Positions 37,259-47,652 of a stretch of DNA of 64,000 nt are shown here, piece after piece. Under the pieces are notes generated by a model. The model was not told the origin of the DNA. It saw only the letters and a program-made list of their open reading frames with translations, and searched no databases. The stretch is from positions 834 to 64,833 of the forward strand of contig CAYOQP010000005.1 in assembly GCA_964406145.1 (NCBI GenBank), given 5' to 3'. This stretch comes from an uncultured Candidatus Saccharibacteria bacterium. GTDB lineage: Bacteria > Patescibacteriota > UBA1384 > XYA2-FULL-43-10 > 1-14-0-10-43-13. A program made the position numbers and the translations under genes. The number at the start of each line of letters is the position of its first letter. The stretch's first letter is position 1.

Positions 37259-38407
37259 CTACTTGCCGGCCTTCGCTTGATAATCTTTAATCTTTTGAAT
37301 AATCATCGATGAAGATTGTTCGAGCGAAGAGTTGTCGATTTGAAAAGCGGCTGCCATCGCATGTCCGCCGCCACCGAATAACTTGGCAATGATCGAAACA
37401 TCTTGATTTTTGTTGGTGGCACGAAGCGAACCATGAACGTCACCGTTTTTTTCCGATAGAAGTAAGGCAAAATCGACGCCAGAGGCAGTCTTGAGAAGCT
37501 CGTCGATAACACCGCTAGATTCTGGTTCCGAAGCTCCGACTTCAAGATAATCTTTTTTATAAAGCTCAGTCCAAACGAATTGATAATCGCGCTCATCACG
37601 CAAATTAGATAAGGCTCGGCCCCACAATCGTAGAGTTGAAAGGGGCTTAGTTTTGTAAATATATTTAATAATATCTTGCTGACGTCCACCAGAAGCAACC
37701 AATTGAGCAGCAACCGTTAAAGACTTTGGTGTGGTATTGGTATTCTGGAAAGAATTTGTATCAGTAATAATACCAGTCAGCAATGAAGTAGCTATTTCAT
37801 CAGAGATAAATTTAGGATCTCCGGTTAAAGTTTCCAGAACAGAAACTAAAATTTCTGAGGTTGAAGTAGCAGTAATGTCAACAAGATTGATCTTACCAAA
37901 CTGGTCGTTACCAGCGTGATGATCAATATTAACAACAGGAACATCGTAAAATATTTCCGGATTTTTCTCGTATGGGGTGCCGATTCTTTCAAGATCGGTT
38001 GAATCGAGAACAACGATTACCTCGAAATGAAAATCGCCTTCTTGCGAAGAAATCATCTCTTTGTTGAAATGTCCGCCGTTCGGCGTGATAATAAAATTAA
38101 GCTTATTGTCATCAACTTTGTACATAACCTTATCAGCCTTAACCTTAGAGATATCGAGAGAGACTATAAAATCACGAGTGCTAATGAAGTTTTGAGAGAT
38201 TTCTTTGGTCTCGGGCAGATAATCAAAAATTGGCGGAGCTTTGTCACCACAAACAGCAGTCACATCCTTGCCCATTTTTTTCAGAGACAAATAAAGCGCC
38301 AAAATACTCCCTATCGCATCGCCATCGGGATTTTTGTGGGTTAAGAGAAGAATCTTTTGTTTATTCTTCAGTATTTCAACAACTTGTTGTTTAGGTGAAA
38401 GTTCCAT
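37259..38407 (-). CDS. DHH-family phosphoesterase (NrnA-like)
   Basis: HKNPDGDAIGS, NIDHH, TDTNSF, GGGHAMAA. Confidence 0.93.
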   Translation of the reverse strand: MELSPKQQVVEILKNKQKILLLTHKNPDGDAIGSILALYLSLKKMGKDVTAVCGDKAPPIFDYLPETKEISQNFISTRDFIVSLDISKVKADKVMYKVDDNKLNFIITPNGGHFNKEMISSQEGDFHFEVIVVLDSTDLERIGTPYEKNPEIFYDVPVVNIDHHAGNDQFGKINLVDITATSTSEILVSVLETLTGDPKFISDEIATSLLTGIITDTNSFQNTNTTPKSLTVAAQLVASGGRQQDIIKYIYKTKPLSTLRLWGRALSNLRDERDYQFVWTELYKKDYLEVGASEPESSGVIDELLKTASGVDFALLLSEKNGDVHGSLRATNKNQDVSIIAKLFGGGGHAMAAAFQIDNSSLEQSSSMIIQKIKDYQAKAGK

Positions 38408-38531
38408 TTTTTCTTTCTTTTGGAAACGGTTAAATATACCATATCGTGCGTAAATGTCAAGGTGAACGAGTCGGGACTTGATTTGTTTAGTAGGTTCGAT
38501 GATACAATAAGATGAATTAGAAAAGGATTAT

Positions 38532-39971
38532 ATGGATAAAGTTACAATAAGCCCGTATCTGTTTCGAAGTTTGGATATTCGAGGAGCCGATCCGGAGTAT
38601 GTCAAATCACAAAATATTACTCCTGGTTCGCTCAAAGAAAAGAGTGCACATGGTTGTCCACTAGGAGTCGACCAAGCTTATGTAATTGGCCGTTCGATAG
38701 CAGAACAATTTCGCCCCCAAAAAATAGTCGTCGGCCAAGATACTAGACTCTCGTCGCCAGAATTAGCCGAAGCACTAATAAAGGGCCTGACCGATCAGGG
38801 CGTCAACGTCGATTCCATCGGCCTCGTCACGACCGAGGCTTTTTATTTCGCCATTGGCAATTATAAATATGAAATGGGTGTCATGGTTACCGGGTCGCAC
38901 ACGATCAAATATCTAAATGGCTTTAAGATATCAAAATTCGATAACGGCAGAGTCTTTCCCATTGCTCAAGGTATTGGCATGGAAGAGCTCAAAGAGACAG
39001 CCCTGAATCAGGTCTTTTCTGAGCCAACCAATAAAGGTGATGTAAGAGAAATTAATATTCTGGATGATTTCAAGAATCATATTCTTTCTCTTTTTGATTA
39101 TAAAAATTTCAAAAAACAGAAAGTTGTTTTTGATGCCGCCAACAGTGTCGGCGGTAAGACAGCTGAAGGAGTGATTGACGCTTTGCCGATCGAAGCCGTC
39201 AAAATAAATTTCGATCTTGATGGCAATTTCCCAAATCATGAACCAGATCCGATGATTCCAGAAAATATCAAACAATTAGTCAGTAAAATGGATAGCGAGA
39301 AAGCTGATTTTGGCGTCGCTTGGGATGGAGACGCTGATAGGATGACTTTGGTGACGCCGGACGGAGAAATACTAACTGGTAGTTTTATCTCACCAATGCT
39401 TTTGCCCTGGGTTGCCGAAAAACACCCAAATTCAAATGTTATTGTTTCAATTGTAATGAGCTGGGCATCAAGTAGAGCGGCAGAAAAACTTGGCATGAAA
39501 GTGGTCTACTCTCGAGTTGGCAATTCATTTATCAAAATCGCCATGAAAGACAACGCTGCAGTTTTTGGCTGTGAAGAGGCCGACCATTTTATGTTTGAAG
39601 AGTCGTTCTGGGCCGAAAGCAGCACTATACCATTTATGATTGTACTTGATCGAATAGCCAAAAGCGGTAAAACATTTTCCGATCTTTTGTCTGAAGCCAA
39701 GGGAAATCTTTTAATCTCTGGGGATGTAAATATGGAAGTCAAAGATGCGACAAAAGTACTTCAAGCAGTAGAGGAAGTATACAAAAATGAAGGTGGCCAG
39801 ATTAATAAAATGGATGGCCTGACGATATCATTTGATGATTGGCATTTTACCCTAAGGCCATCGCTAAATGATCCTGTCGTTAGACTTAATCTTGAGGCGC
39901 AATCGCAGACAAAACTTGAAAGTGAAATTAAGAAAATTAAAGAAATTGTCGATAAAGCTAAAAATGATTAG
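38532..39971 (+). CDS. Phosphomannomutase/phosphoglucomutase
   Basis: DIRG, TGSH, DGNFPNHEPDP, DGDADR, VRLNLE. Confidence 0.92.
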   Translation: MDKVTISPYLFRSLDIRGADPEYVKSQNITPGSLKEKSAHGCPLGVDQAYVIGRSIAEQFRPQKIVVGQDTRLSSPELAEALIKGLTDQGVNVDSIGLVTTEAFYFAIGNYKYEMGVMVTGSHTIKYLNGFKISKFDNGRVFPIAQGIGMEELKETALNQVFSEPTNKGDVREINILDDFKNHILSLFDYKNFKKQKVVFDAANSVGGKTAEGVIDALPIEAVKINFDLDGNFPNHEPDPMIPENIKQLVSKMDSEKADFGVAWDGDADRMTLVTPDGEILTGSFISPMLLPWVAEKHPNSNVIVSIVMSWASSRAAEKLGMKVVYSRVGNSFIKIAMKDNAAVFGCEEADHFMFEESFWAESSTIPFMIVLDRIAKSGKTFSDLLSEAKGNLLISGDVNMEVKDATKVLQAVEEVYKNEGGQINKMDGLTISFDDWHFTLRPSLNDPVVRLNLEAQSQTKLESEIKKIKEIVDKAKND

Positions 39972-40045
39972 CTTGACTTTGTTGTCATATTTGATCTTTT
40001 AAGGTAATATTCAATGCTAGAAAATAATTATTGATCGGAAAAAAA

Positions 40046-41119
40046 ATGAAAATTGCAATTATAACTTGTACTATGCCCGATAGCATCAAACAAGCCCCTG
40101 TGGCTTAGAAGGCGAAAAGAAGAGGCCACCAAATCATACTCATTCATACCAATCAGCATTATGATAATGATCTTTTCCTCGGCATGTACAAATCAGTTGA
40201 ACTCAGAAATCCAGACCACATCCTTAATCAGGGATTTACACTCGGAACCGCAATAGAAAGTCTGACAAAACTGTTTGACGAAATTAAGCCGGAAATTGTT
40301 TTGGTCCATGGCGACACAAAAACAGCGATGGTGGCAGCGGTAGCAGCACATTTCCTTGGAATTCCTGTCGGTCACGTCGAGGCAGGACTTCGAACAGAAA
40401 CAAGGGAACCTTGGCCAGAACAAACAGACACTAGGATTGCTGATGCTTGCAGTAATCTTTTCTTTGCTCCGACTGAAAAAATGGCTTGTTATCTTAGAGA
40501 TGAAAAATTTCATAAAGACGATATCATTGTTTGCGGTAACACTGTCGTCGATATCGCCAGAGCTATGGCAAAAAGAAATCCTCGCAAAGAAACAAACAAA
40601 GTTTATTTCTCATCTCACCGAGAAGAAAATCTCAAGTCGAAGCTCAGATTTTCAAATGTCGTTAAATTCGCCAATTTCCTTGTAAACGAGGGTCTTGAGG
40701 TCAACTGGGTAATGAGACCAAAAACAATACAGAAAATTGAAGAGTATGATCTTGAATTAGACGAAAGAATTATTAAAATCGGCAATCTAAGTTACCCTGA
40801 ATCAATCAAACTTCTCAATGAATCGCGTTTCGCTTGTGTTGACTCCGGTGGCTTACAAGAAGAATCATCAGCCCTAAATGTTCCATGTCTTACAATGAGA
40901 TATGTTACTGATAGACCAGAAACAACCGAGATCGGTTGCAACAGATTAACGACACTTGAATTGCCCAAAATGATTGAAGCCTACAAATATCTTGTTGAGA
41001 ATTATAAGGAAATGAGTAGCAAAAAGTGTCCTTACGGAGACGGAGACTCTTCGGAAAAAATTGTTGAATTCATCGAAAAAAGAAAAGATAGTCTTATTCG
41101 TTGGGCCGGACAAATCTAG
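40046..41119 (+). pseudogene. wecB: UDP-N-acetylglucosamine 2-epimerase interrupted by in-frame TAG at codon 21 (pseudogene or sequence error)
   Basis: ATG 40046 gives MKIAIITCTMPDSIKQAPVA*KAKRRGHQIILIHTNQHYD in frame with VHGDT, GHVEAGLR, DSGGLQEE, YGDG. Confidence 0.8.
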
Positions 41120-41194
41120 TATTGAGCTCTTTAACCTTTACTTTTGTCGAACTCTATGGTAAGATAACCTACGACTTAATTAATCAGATTACCT

Positions 41195-41464
41195 ATGCCA
41201 ATTATCAAATCAGCCAAAAAGGCGCTACGTGCTAGCCTCAGAAAAAAAGAAAACAACGACCTAACGCGGTCCAAAATTAAAAGTGCCGTTAAGGGCGTCC
41301 GTGCTGCAGCCAAGACAGAAGACAAAAAGACTCCAGAGTTGCTCAGCAAAGCATATCGAGAGCTCGACCTGGCCGCCAAGAAAAACGTCATTCATAAAAA
41401 TAAAGCAAGCAGACTTAAATCTCGACTAACAAAACTGATTACAACATCAACCAAAAAGAAATAG
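41195..41464 (+). CDS. rpsT: 30S ribosomal protein S20
   Basis: MPIIKSAKK, IHKNKASRLKSRL. Confidence 0.97.
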   Translation: MPIIKSAKKALRASLRKKENNDLTRSKIKSAVKGVRAAAKTEDKKTPELLSKAYRELDLAAKKNVIHKNKASRLKSRLTKLITTSTKKK

Positions 41465-41472
41465 GTACTATA

Positions 41473-41508
41473 TAAAAAATACCCCCGAATAATCGAGGGT
41501 ATTTTTTA
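41473..41508. terminator. Bidirectional terminator rpsT/lepB
   Basis: AAAAAATACCC..GGGTATTTTTT. Confidence 0.8.
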
Positions 41509-41515
41509 TTCTCCC

Positions 41516-42079
41516 CTAGATATCTTTGGTCAAACGAAAGCGAGGATAAATAACGGAAATAGCCTTGCCAAGTAAAAATCTTTTTTTAACTAGTCCGAAG
41601 GCTCTAGAATCGCTTGAGTTTGCCCTGTTGTCACCAAGAACAAAGTACTGTTCACGACCCAAAACCCACGAACCATTATCTTTGTCGTACACTTTAGTGA
41701 TTGTATCCAATGGAAGATAATTCTCTGATTGTTTAATGTCATTAATAAAAACGGCGCCTTCTTTTATGTCAACTTTTTCTCCGGGCAAGCCGATGATCCT
41801 TTTAACATACTTTTTGTTGTTTGGGTCTCCGGGATAATTCATAACAACGATATCACCCCTTTTGGGAACTTCCTTGTCATAAATGTTTTTATTCCAAAAA
41901 ACCCATTCTTTTGTTTTGAGGCTTGGATCCATTGATTCGCCATCGACGATAAAAATACCAAAGAAGAAGGTATTTACGATCATAAAGACAACGATCACAA
42001 AAATAAACCATTTTGCTAGATCAAAAAGAACACCGCCGCCATATATAATCTTGCTAAAAAGTGAAAGTAAAAAATCCAT
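41516..42079 (-). CDS. lepB: Signal peptidase I
   Basis: GESMDPSL, YVKRIIGLPG, GDNRANSSDSR. Confidence 0.96.
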   Translation of the reverse strand: MDFLLSLFSKIIYGGGVLFDLAKWFIFVIVVFMIVNTFFFGIFIVDGESMDPSLKTKEWVFWNKNIYDKEVPKRGDIVVMNYPGDPNNKKYVKRIIGLPGEKVDIKEGAVFINDIKQSENYLPLDTITKVYDKDNGSWVLGREQYFVLGDNRANSSDSRAFGLVKKRFLLGKAISVIYPRFRLTKDI

Positions 42080-42094
42080 TTTTTGTTTTTATTA

Positions 42095-43582
42095 TTATTC
42101 AAATCCTGGCTCTCTTACGGCCGCTAAAGATCTAGCGACGTAAGAAACAAGTGGAAATAAAGACAAGCAAAAATCCTGTAAGCCAAGCCCTGATTGAGAA
42201 GAGACATACCAATCAGGAATGACAAAGTTTTGCTCCGAAAACCTCTTGGCCCAGGCAACTTCACAATCAAAAACTATTGCGTATGCCAAATATTTTTGGA
42301 AAAGATCCTGGCTTTCGTAAGAAAATGGTAGCTTTTCTGGATTGGAAAGATATTTACGAAAAGCCAACCAGTTACTCATAGCCTCCTGACCAAGAATTGT
42401 TCTCGATGGTATGTTCTTGGCTGTCAGCGTAATTATAATGCCAGAAACCATCATGCCGACCCAGAAGAAAGCAACATAAGGGGGGTTAGAAAAAATAAGT
42501 AAGCTCAAGATGAATCCACCAAGACCAACAAAAAAGCTTAAAATCCCCAGAAGCTGATATTTCAGGTGAAGCTTTTGTGGATTAACTTGGAAATAGCCTA
42601 GTCTGGTCGCTAATACATAAATTCCTGAAGAGACGAGGGAAATTTTTTTGCTGTAAAGATGATTATTTATTCTTTCTTCTATCTCGGCCTTATCAGAAAC
42701 TAAATTTTTGCGAAATATTTTTGATAGTAGTATTTTTTCGTAAGATAGCAATCTTTTGTCTAAACGATTCTTAGCAAAAGCAAAGTCTCTCTCTCGATCC
42801 AATATATAAATATCACCACGAAGAGCAAGATCAATTAATGTTGCAGCAATTTCCCTAGCGCCAACTTTCTGTTTGTAAAGTACCCCGACCAGTGCCGGAG
42901 GAAGCGCCATCGGTGGTGAATTTGTCTCCTCAGGAGGAACTTCAACCTTCTGTCTTCTGGCCTGATATGCAATAAAAAGAATCATGAAGGCTAATGTACT
43001 CAAAGGCAAGATAAGCGCCAGAAATAGCCAAAAGCTCGATTTAAGATTCTCAATAATTGAATAAATTTGATAAGAAAGTGGAAATTTGACCGTACCCTCT
43101 GGCATATCAACAGTTATAGAAAAAAGTGCCGTAGCATCAACATCTTTGGCAATATAGACTATAGTCGTGCCGTTCTTCATCAATGCGTCAGAAGATCCAA
43201 CACCATGAGAACCAGTCGAATTAAATGTTGAGCTTCCGGCCACAGACTTCGGCAGTTTTAGTTCAACATTGACTTCGCTATAAGACTGACCAACATTATC
43301 CAATATCGGCAATATCAGCTCATCTTTGCCATCAATTCTTTTAATTTTTTCTTTTATTTTTTGACCATCGACCAAAACAGAACCGTCAGGAGTGATTTCA
43401 ACTTTTACATTTAGTTTGTCCTGCGTCAAAGCCGGATCATAAAAATCAACATCGGCCTTGAAAAATTTGATACCAGAAAAGACTATTAGGCAAAGACAAA
43501 GAGTGAAGCCCAAAAAAGCCATCTTGCGCCAATATAAACCGAGCACAGGGCGACTGGTGCTGTTTTTTTCTTTTATTCCCAA
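42095..43582 (-). CDS. DUF2207-like membrane protein
   Basis: PPALVGVL, ATLIDLALRG, WLAFRKYL, YLAYAIVF..W. Confidence 0.8.
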   Translation of the reverse strand: MGIKEKNSTSRPVLGLYWRKMAFLGFTLCLCLIVFSGIKFFKADVDFYDPALTQDKLNVKVEITPDGSVLVDGQKIKEKIKRIDGKDELILPILDNVGQSYSEVNVELKLPKSVAGSSTFNSTGSHGVGSSDALMKNGTTIVYIAKDVDATALFSITVDMPEGTVKFPLSYQIYSIIENLKSSFWLFLALILPLSTLAFMILFIAYQARRQKVEVPPEETNSPPMALPPALVGVLYKQKVGAREIAATLIDLALRGDIYILDRERDFAFAKNRLDKRLLSYEKILLSKIFRKNLVSDKAEIEERINNHLYSKKISLVSSGIYVLATRLGYFQVNPQKLHLKYQLLGILSFFVGLGGFILSLLIFSNPPYVAFFWVGMMVSGIIITLTAKNIPSRTILGQEAMSNWLAFRKYLSNPEKLPFSYESQDLFQKYLAYAIVFDCEVAWAKRFSEQNFVIPDWYVSSQSGLGLQDFCLSLFPLVSYVARSLAAVREPGFE

Positions 43583-43613
43583 ATTATCCCTCCGAGATTC
43601 AATAAGAGGATCT

Positions 43614-44588
43614 TTATCTTATTTTATCACTTTTACAAAAATCAACAAAGAGCATAACTAAGGCAGTTTCTATTTCTGACCGGCCAGTCTTAATCTGCCA
43701 ATCTATGTCTCCGAGTCTGGCGTAAAAAGATACTAGCTCACCCTTTTGGAACTTTGATAAGGAATACTCAATTTTTTTGACCACAAAAGGATGCAAACCA
43801 GAAAGTTTAGCAATATCGTTCTTTTTTCCTAGATTTATAAGATCTTCAACGATTAGCATATTCCTAACCTGATAAATAATCATATTAAAGACCAAGAATA
43901 AATCCTCGCCGGCGCGAACGAAATCATTGAATATCCCAATCACCTTTTTGCCATTACGGCTAGCTAAAGCGTCGGTTAAATCAAAAATTTTAAGTGTTAT
44001 ATTGGGCTCAATTAATTTCTCAACATTTTCTTCAGTTATTTCGGTCTGATTAATCGATTTTACGTACAATATTAACTTTAATAATTCGTTCTCGAGTTGC
44101 CACAAATCGGGACCAACATATTGAGAGACTTTTGATAAAGCCTGATTGGTAATCTTAAGATCACTTTGAGTCACTAAATCAGTTATAAACTGTCTGATCT
44201 TTATCTCGTTTGGCGGAGGAAAATTCTTAGAATTGATTTTTTCCAGAAATTTAAACAGTGCCCCTCTGGCATCTGGCTTGCCTTCTTCAACAAAAATCAC
44301 CTTCGATTTTTCGGGAATTTGTTCAAGATATTTTAAAATCTTTTTCTCCATTTCCTTGTTGTCACCATTAATAAGGAAATTTTTAATCACCGTTAACTTC
44401 TCTTCGCCCAAAAAAGGCGCTGACATGATCGAATTAATAAAAGCTTCAAGAGTAAGATCATTTGACTCAAAAATTTTAATATTTAGATCGCTCTTTTCCT
44501 TTTCGATAAAATTTGCCACTAATTTTCTAGTGACATTTTTGATAGAGTAGACGTCTTCGCCATAAATAAAAATAATTCTGTCTTTCAT
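43614..44588 (-). CDS. holA: DNA polymerase III delta subunit
   Basis: FIYGED, APFLGE, ELLKL, IFDLTDA, LHPFVVKK, IKTG. Confidence 0.93.
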   Translation of the reverse strand: MKDRIIFIYGEDVYSIKNVTRKLVANFIEKEKSDLNIKIFESNDLTLEAFINSIMSAPFLGEEKLTVIKNFLINGDNKEMEKKILKYLEQIPEKSKVIFVEEGKPDARGALFKFLEKINSKNFPPPNEIKIRQFITDLVTQSDLKITNQALSKVSQYVGPDLWQLENELLKLILYVKSINQTEITEENVEKLIEPNITLKIFDLTDALASRNGKKVIGIFNDFVRAGEDLFLVFNMIIYQVRNMLIVEDLINLGKKNDIAKLSGLHPFVVKKIEYSLSKFQKGELVSFYARLGDIDWQIKTGRSEIETALVMLFVDFCKSDKIR

Positions 44589-45850
44589 TTGCAAGACGCC
44601 CAACTATCTCCCTTGCCAGTACTAACTTCTATCGGGACGCATAATTTAATTACGTTTTCCATTGTCTCTTTGAGCAACTGCTCAACTTTTGTTGAGACTG
44701 CTTTCGGCGCCTCAAGAACTAATTCATCATGGACAGTTAGAAGTATCTTTGCTTCTGGATATTCTTTTTCAAGTTTTTTCTCCAATTCGATCATCGCCAT
44801 TTTCAAAATTTCGGCCGCCGTTCCTTGTACTGGCATATTAATTGCCATTCTTTCCTCAGCCTCGGCCACGAATCTCATTTGAGAATTGATATTGGGCAAA
44901 TAGCGTCTAGTACCAAATAATGTTTCAACATAACCTTTGGTATGCGCTAGATCAATCATTTTATTAATGTAGTCTCCAATTCCAACATGGACATCAAAAT
45001 AATCTCGAATATACTTACCAGCCTCTTCAACGTCAATGCCCAACGCCTGAGAAAGACCATAAGGGGTTTGACCATAAACAATGCCAAAGTTGACTGCTTT
45101 AGCCTTGCGACGCTGATCACCAGTTACCTTGTTCTGCTCGATATGAAATATCTCGGCGGCAGTGCGAGCATGAATATCTTCACCATTCTTAAAAGCCTCA
45201 ATCATCGCCTTGTCCTGTGCCAAACACGCCACGACTCGAAGTTCAATCTGAGAATAATCTGCCGCAATTAAATCACAGCCAGAAGCAGGTATGAAAGCCC
45301 TTCGAATCTCTGTACCGTATGCCCCACGGATAGGTATATTTTGTAAATTTGGTTCAGACGATGTTAGACGACCAGTCGAAGTCTCCAAACTATAAGTTGT
45401 GTGCAATCTCTCATTTTCATCAACAAGCATCGGCAATGGTTTCAAGTAAGTCGAAATAAGCTTAGAGAGTTCGCGATATTCAAGAATTTCCGCAATTACA
45501 GGATGGCTTGCTTCGATCTTCTTGAGCTCGGCCGCCGCAGTTGAAAGACCTGATTTGGTTTTTTTGATACCATCTGATGACAATTTTAGATCGACAAATA
45601 GCACATCGGCCATCTGAGACGGTGAACTTATGTTGAATTCCCTGCCAGCAAGCTTAAATATTTTCTTTTCTAATTCTTTAAGCTTAAGAGATAGCTTTTG
45701 ATCTAGCTTCTTCAAAGCCAGACAGTCCACCCTAATTCCTGTTGCCTCCATCTTTCGCAAAACTGGCTCGATCGCCAAATCAATCTCACTAGAAGTAATG
45801 GAGGGAATTTTGATGCCTAATTTTTCAGCTTTTTCTATTAATTCTTTCAT
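44585..45850 (-). CDS. polA: DNA polymerase I, stand-alone polymerase domain
   Basis: TGRLTSSEPNLQNIP, ADYSQIELR, KAVNFGIVYG, TVHDEL; no exonuclease domains. Confidence 0.95.
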   Translation of the reverse strand: MKELIEKAEKLGIKIPSITSSEIDLAIEPVLRKMEATGIRVDCLALKKLDQKLSLKLKELEKKIFKLAGREFNISSPSQMADVLFVDLKLSSDGIKKTKSGLSTAAAELKKIEASHPVIAEILEYRELSKLISTYLKPLPMLVDENERLHTTYSLETSTGRLTSSEPNLQNIPIRGAYGTEIRRAFIPASGCDLIAADYSQIELRVVACLAQDKAMIEAFKNGEDIHARTAAEIFHIEQNKVTGDQRRKAKAVNFGIVYGQTPYGLSQALGIDVEEAGKYIRDYFDVHVGIGDYINKMIDLAHTKGYVETLFGTRRYLPNINSQMRFVAEAEERMAINMPVQGTAAEILKMAMIELEKKLEKEYPEAKILLTVHDELVLEAPKAVSTKVEQLLKETMENVIKLCVPIEVSTGKGDSWASCK

Positions 45851-46275
45851 TATATTTTTTTCCAGAAAAATCTAAATCGATCACCCTCAACAAAATCTTT
45901 GTTTTTATAAAAAGTCATGTCGAGATCATTTTCATGGGCAATTAACCAAATATTTTTAACACCTTTAATCTCAAATCGTTTGGTTATTTTGTTTAAAAGT
46001 TTTGTTCCTATCCCCCGATCTCTGAAATTCTGATCTACTACCAATAAATCTATATAACCACTCTGGCGACTTAGTATATAGCCCAGAACAAAACCTACTA
46101 CTTTTTTGTTAATTAGTGCAACTAAAAAAACTCCACTCTTGGAACCGCTTTTAAGTTCGGATTCGGTTGGATAAATATCAGGGCCAGTTTCAAGCTCCTC
46201 TAATCTTGCCAGCTTAGCACATGTTGCTAGTTCATCTTTCTTTACTTTTCTAATCTTAAGATTTATCTCATTCAT
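45850..46275 (-). CDS. GNAT acetyltransferase
   Basis: VDQNFRDRGIGTKLL, FYKNKDF. Confidence 0.9.
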   Translation of the reverse strand: MNEINLKIRKVKKDELATCAKLARLEELETGPDIYPTESELKSGSKSGVFLVALINKKVVGFVLGYILSRQSGYIDLLVVDQNFRDRGIGTKLLNKITKRFEIKGVKNIWLIAHENDLDMTFYKNKDFVEGDRFRFFWKKI

Positions 46276-46288
46276 TTTGAACCTTTTT

Positions 46289-47269
46289 CTACAAAAGTTT
46301 TAATTGTTCATCTTCTTTTTTTTGCTCTTTGGCTTTTTCAGTTTTGGGTTCGTTTGATGGAATTGCCCCAAAGCGACGCAGAAGTGAATTAAACTGCATT
46401 CTCTGAAAAAAACCAATCACGTCTTCTTTATCATAATCACCCCAGAGACAATCTTCAAGATTGAAATCAAGTGGCACGTCGCGACGGATTGTCGCCAACC
46501 TTTGAGAGAGAAAAGCTTGTTCCTTATAATCTTTCAATAATCCAATGATCCGAGGCTTAACATCAAGATCAGTCCCCTCGTCGATTATTTTATAAATATT
46601 TTTTAAAGTATCGTATTTTTGAAGCAAATCTATCGCTGTCTTGGGACCAATGCCGGGAACACCTGGAATATTATCAGAAGAATCTCCAGCCAAGGCTTTG
46701 AGATCGATAAAATCTTCCGGATCCAATCCCCACTCCTCCTTAATTACTCTGCGATCAACTATCTGACCTTGAGATAAGCCCTTTTTGAGATCATAGACAT
46801 GGATATTACCATCGACTAACTGGAAGGCATCTTTATCACCAGTCACTATATAAACTTCAAATCCTTCAAATTGTTGTTTTGGATTCCGGACTTCGAATTT
46901 ATCCGAGATCGTACCGATACAATCATCTGCCTCAAAACCTTCCTTGGCATAGATTGGAATATTTAAAACACCTAATAATTCTTTGACCTTAGGAATTTGA
47001 TCATAAAGCTCCTGATCAGCCTTAAGTCGAGTACCCTTGTATTCTTTAAATTCTTCATGACGAAATGTTGGTCCAGCTAGATCAAATGATGCGGCAATAT
47101 ATTCCGGCTTTAAGTCTTCCAAAACCTTAATCAATGTCGTCATATAACCATAGACGGCATTCGTCAATTCCCCTGTCGAAGTCGACATATTCTTGGGCAA
47201 AGCATGATAGGCGCGATGGATTATTGCATTAGAATCAATTAGGACCAAGGTTTTGGAATTCTTATTCAT
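46289..47269 (-). CDS. 5'-3' exonuclease (PolI N-terminal domain)
   Basis: IDSNAIIHRAYHA, EADDCIGT, VTGDKD, GDSSDNIPGVPGIGPKTA. Confidence 0.95.
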   Translation of the reverse strand: MNKNSKTLVLIDSNAIIHRAYHALPKNMSTSTGELTNAVYGYMTTLIKVLEDLKPEYIAASFDLAGPTFRHEEFKEYKGTRLKADQELYDQIPKVKELLGVLNIPIYAKEGFEADDCIGTISDKFEVRNPKQQFEGFEVYIVTGDKDAFQLVDGNIHVYDLKKGLSQGQIVDRRVIKEEWGLDPEDFIDLKALAGDSSDNIPGVPGIGPKTAIDLLQKYDTLKNIYKIIDEGTDLDVKPRIIGLLKDYKEQAFLSQRLATIRRDVPLDFNLEDCLWGDYDKEDVIGFFQRMQFNSLLRRFGAIPSNEPKTEKAKEQKKEDEQLKLL

Positions 47270-47360
47270 ATTCTGATATTAGCCCAAAGGAGTTTAAAAA
47301 GAAAGAAAAACAATCGGCCCCCGAATTGTAGTACGGGAGCCGACGGCTGGGTGAACGGCC

Positions 47361-47519
47361 TTATACGGCCTGACGCTGTTGCTGCTTGCGCAGTTCCTGG
47401 CGATGACGCCGGGAGCCTTGAGGCGCGGCCTTGACCTTACCGGCGTTTTTGCCGGTGACCTTTGCGCCCTTGGGGCAGTGATGACGAGACTTGCGCTTCG
47501 CGCCATTGGAACGAGACAA
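47361..47519 (-). CDS. 52-aa highly basic small protein (not in ORF track)
   Basis: GAGGAGGT SD, TTG start, MSRSNGAKRKSRHHCPKGAKVTGKNAGKVKAAPQGSRRHRQELRKQQQRQAV, TAA, then a GC hairpin and T run (about 47305-47343). Confidence 0.7.
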   Translation of the reverse strand: MSRSNGAKRKSRHHCPKGAKVTGKNAGKVKAAPQGSRRHRQELRKQQQRQAV

Positions 47520-47611
47520 GATGGACCTCCTCTGTGGCAAACGACCACTATGCGGGATGGAATATATTTACAGAAAATTTTAGATTAAGTCAAATTGTGC
47601 CATAAACGTAG

Positions 47612-47642
47612 CTGCGCCCCCCGAACAGGTCGGGGGGCGCAG
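47612..47642 (-). terminator. GC-rich hairpin downstream of the oxidoreductase
   Basis: CTGCGCCCCCCGA..TCGGGGGGCGCAG. Confidence 0.75.
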
Positions 47643-47652
47643 GATAGCAGGG

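Noticed and set aside
47294-47588. Tracked ORFs 47294-47548 (-) and 47379-47588 (+)
   Set aside because: The strong SD and terminator fit the 47361-47519 minus frame instead.
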